From: Malacoraja senta
Taxonomy: Eukaryota
Direction of reading: 5' to 3'
DNA length: 22,022 nt
NCBI GenBank assembly: GCA_038087875.1
Contig: JAXLNO010000620.1
Span: forward strand, 248,001-270,022
Below are positions 21,112 to 22,022 of this stretch, piece by piece (the stretch's first letter is position 1; every line of letters begins with the position of its first letter). The translations under genes were made by a program, and so were the position numbers. The notes beneath the pieces were generated by a model that worked only from the letters and a program-made list of their open reading frames with translations, had not been told where the DNA came from and did not search any database.

Positions 21112-21292
21112 GTTAATTGTCCCTGGCGTGTGTAGGATAGTGTTAATGTGCGGTGATCGTAGGAGAGCACAGACTCGATGGGCCGAAGGGCCTGTTTCCA
21201 CGCTGTATCTCTAAACTAAACTAGTTCGCGAACAGGTGATCGCCGGTCAGCGCGGACTCGATGGCCGAAGGGCCTGTTACCGTGCTGTATCT
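21112..21292 (+). mobile_element. Two tandem 3' fragments of the HE1-like SINE
   Basis: GACTCGATG(G)GCCGAAGGGCCTGTT..C.GCTGTATCTC occurs twice; CTAAACTAAAC tail at ~21211-21221. Confidence 0.75.
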
Positions 21293-21460
21293 CGATAAGA
21301 TTATCTCCGTACCTTTCATAGAGGCCTTCCGCTGTGGCCGCTTGGACAGCTGAGGAATGAAGAGACACTGGTCAGCGGCGGTGAGAATGGGGAGCTCGTC
21401 GTGACGGCGGACACAACAAACACGAGACTGGCCAGCTTTGGAACCGTCTCTCATACTGCC

Positions 21461-22022
21461 AGAAGTGATAGGAGCAGAATTAGGCCATTCGGCCCATCAA
21501 TCGGAGATGGAGAGGGGATCTTATAGAAACTTACAAAATTCTTAAGGGGTTGGACAGGATAGATGCAGGAAGATTGCTCCCGATGTTGGGGAAGTCCAGG
21601 ACAAGGGGTCACAGCTTAAGGATAAGGGGGAAATCCTTTAAAACCGAGATGAGAAGAACTTTTTTCACACAGAGAGTGGTGAATCTCTGGAACTCTCTGC
21701 CACAGAGGGTAGTCGAGGCCAGTTCATTGGCTATATTTAAGAGGGAGTTAGATGTGGCCCTTGTGGATAAAGGGATCAGAGGGTATTGAGAGAAGGCAGG
21801 TACGGGATACTCAGTTGGATGATCAGCCATGATCATATTAAATGGCGGTGCAGGCTCGAAGGGCCGAATGGCCTACTCCTGCACCTAATTTCTATGTTTC
21901 TATGTTTCTACATCCACTCTGCCATTCAATCATGGCTGATCTGTCCTCTCCCTCCTAACCCCATTCTCCTGCCTTCTCCCCATATCCTCTGACACCCGCA
22001 CTAATCAAGAGTCTATCAATCT
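21461..22022 (-). mobile_element. Antisense CR1 3' end, split by the sense CR1 at 21504-21910
   Basis: GGAGCAGAATTAGGCCATTCGGCCCATCAA (to 21500) resumes as TCCACTCTGCCATTCAATCATGGCTGATC at ~21913. Confidence 0.75.
21504..21910 (+). mobile_element. 5'-truncated CR1 3' fragment
   Basis: Reads RGDLIETYKILKGLDRIDAGRLLPMLGKSRTRGHSLRIRGKSFKTEMRRTFFTQRVVNLWNSLP, followed by a (TTTCTATG)n tail. Confidence 0.9.

Overview
Eukaryotic (vertebrate) genomic DNA. The repeat content (CR1 LINEs with CTATG/CTATTG tails, tRNA-derived HE1-like V-SINEs, Rex1/Babar LINE, Penelope-type hammerhead repeats) points to a cartilaginous fish, probably a skate or ray; this assignment is inferred. The window is part of a TRIM (RING/B-box/coiled-coil/B30.2) gene cluster on the + strand. 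It contains a disrupted terminal PRY/SPRY exon of one paralog (1124-1726) and a multi-exon TRIM pseudogene (3690-18565) whose exons 3-6 each occur twice. The duplication pattern fits one ~8.3-kb paralogous exon 3-6 block (6163-14456) inserted into intron 3 between ~65-bp direct repeats. Comparing the two copies exposes empty and filled insertion sites for three retroelements: a 1.6-kb CR1, a ~95-bp element carrying a minimal hammerhead-ribozyme motif, and a ~130-bp element whose 5' end looks like a damaged HDV/CPEB3-like ribozyme. No intact protein-coding gene is present. Most ORFs in the supplied track are antisense or repeat artefacts.
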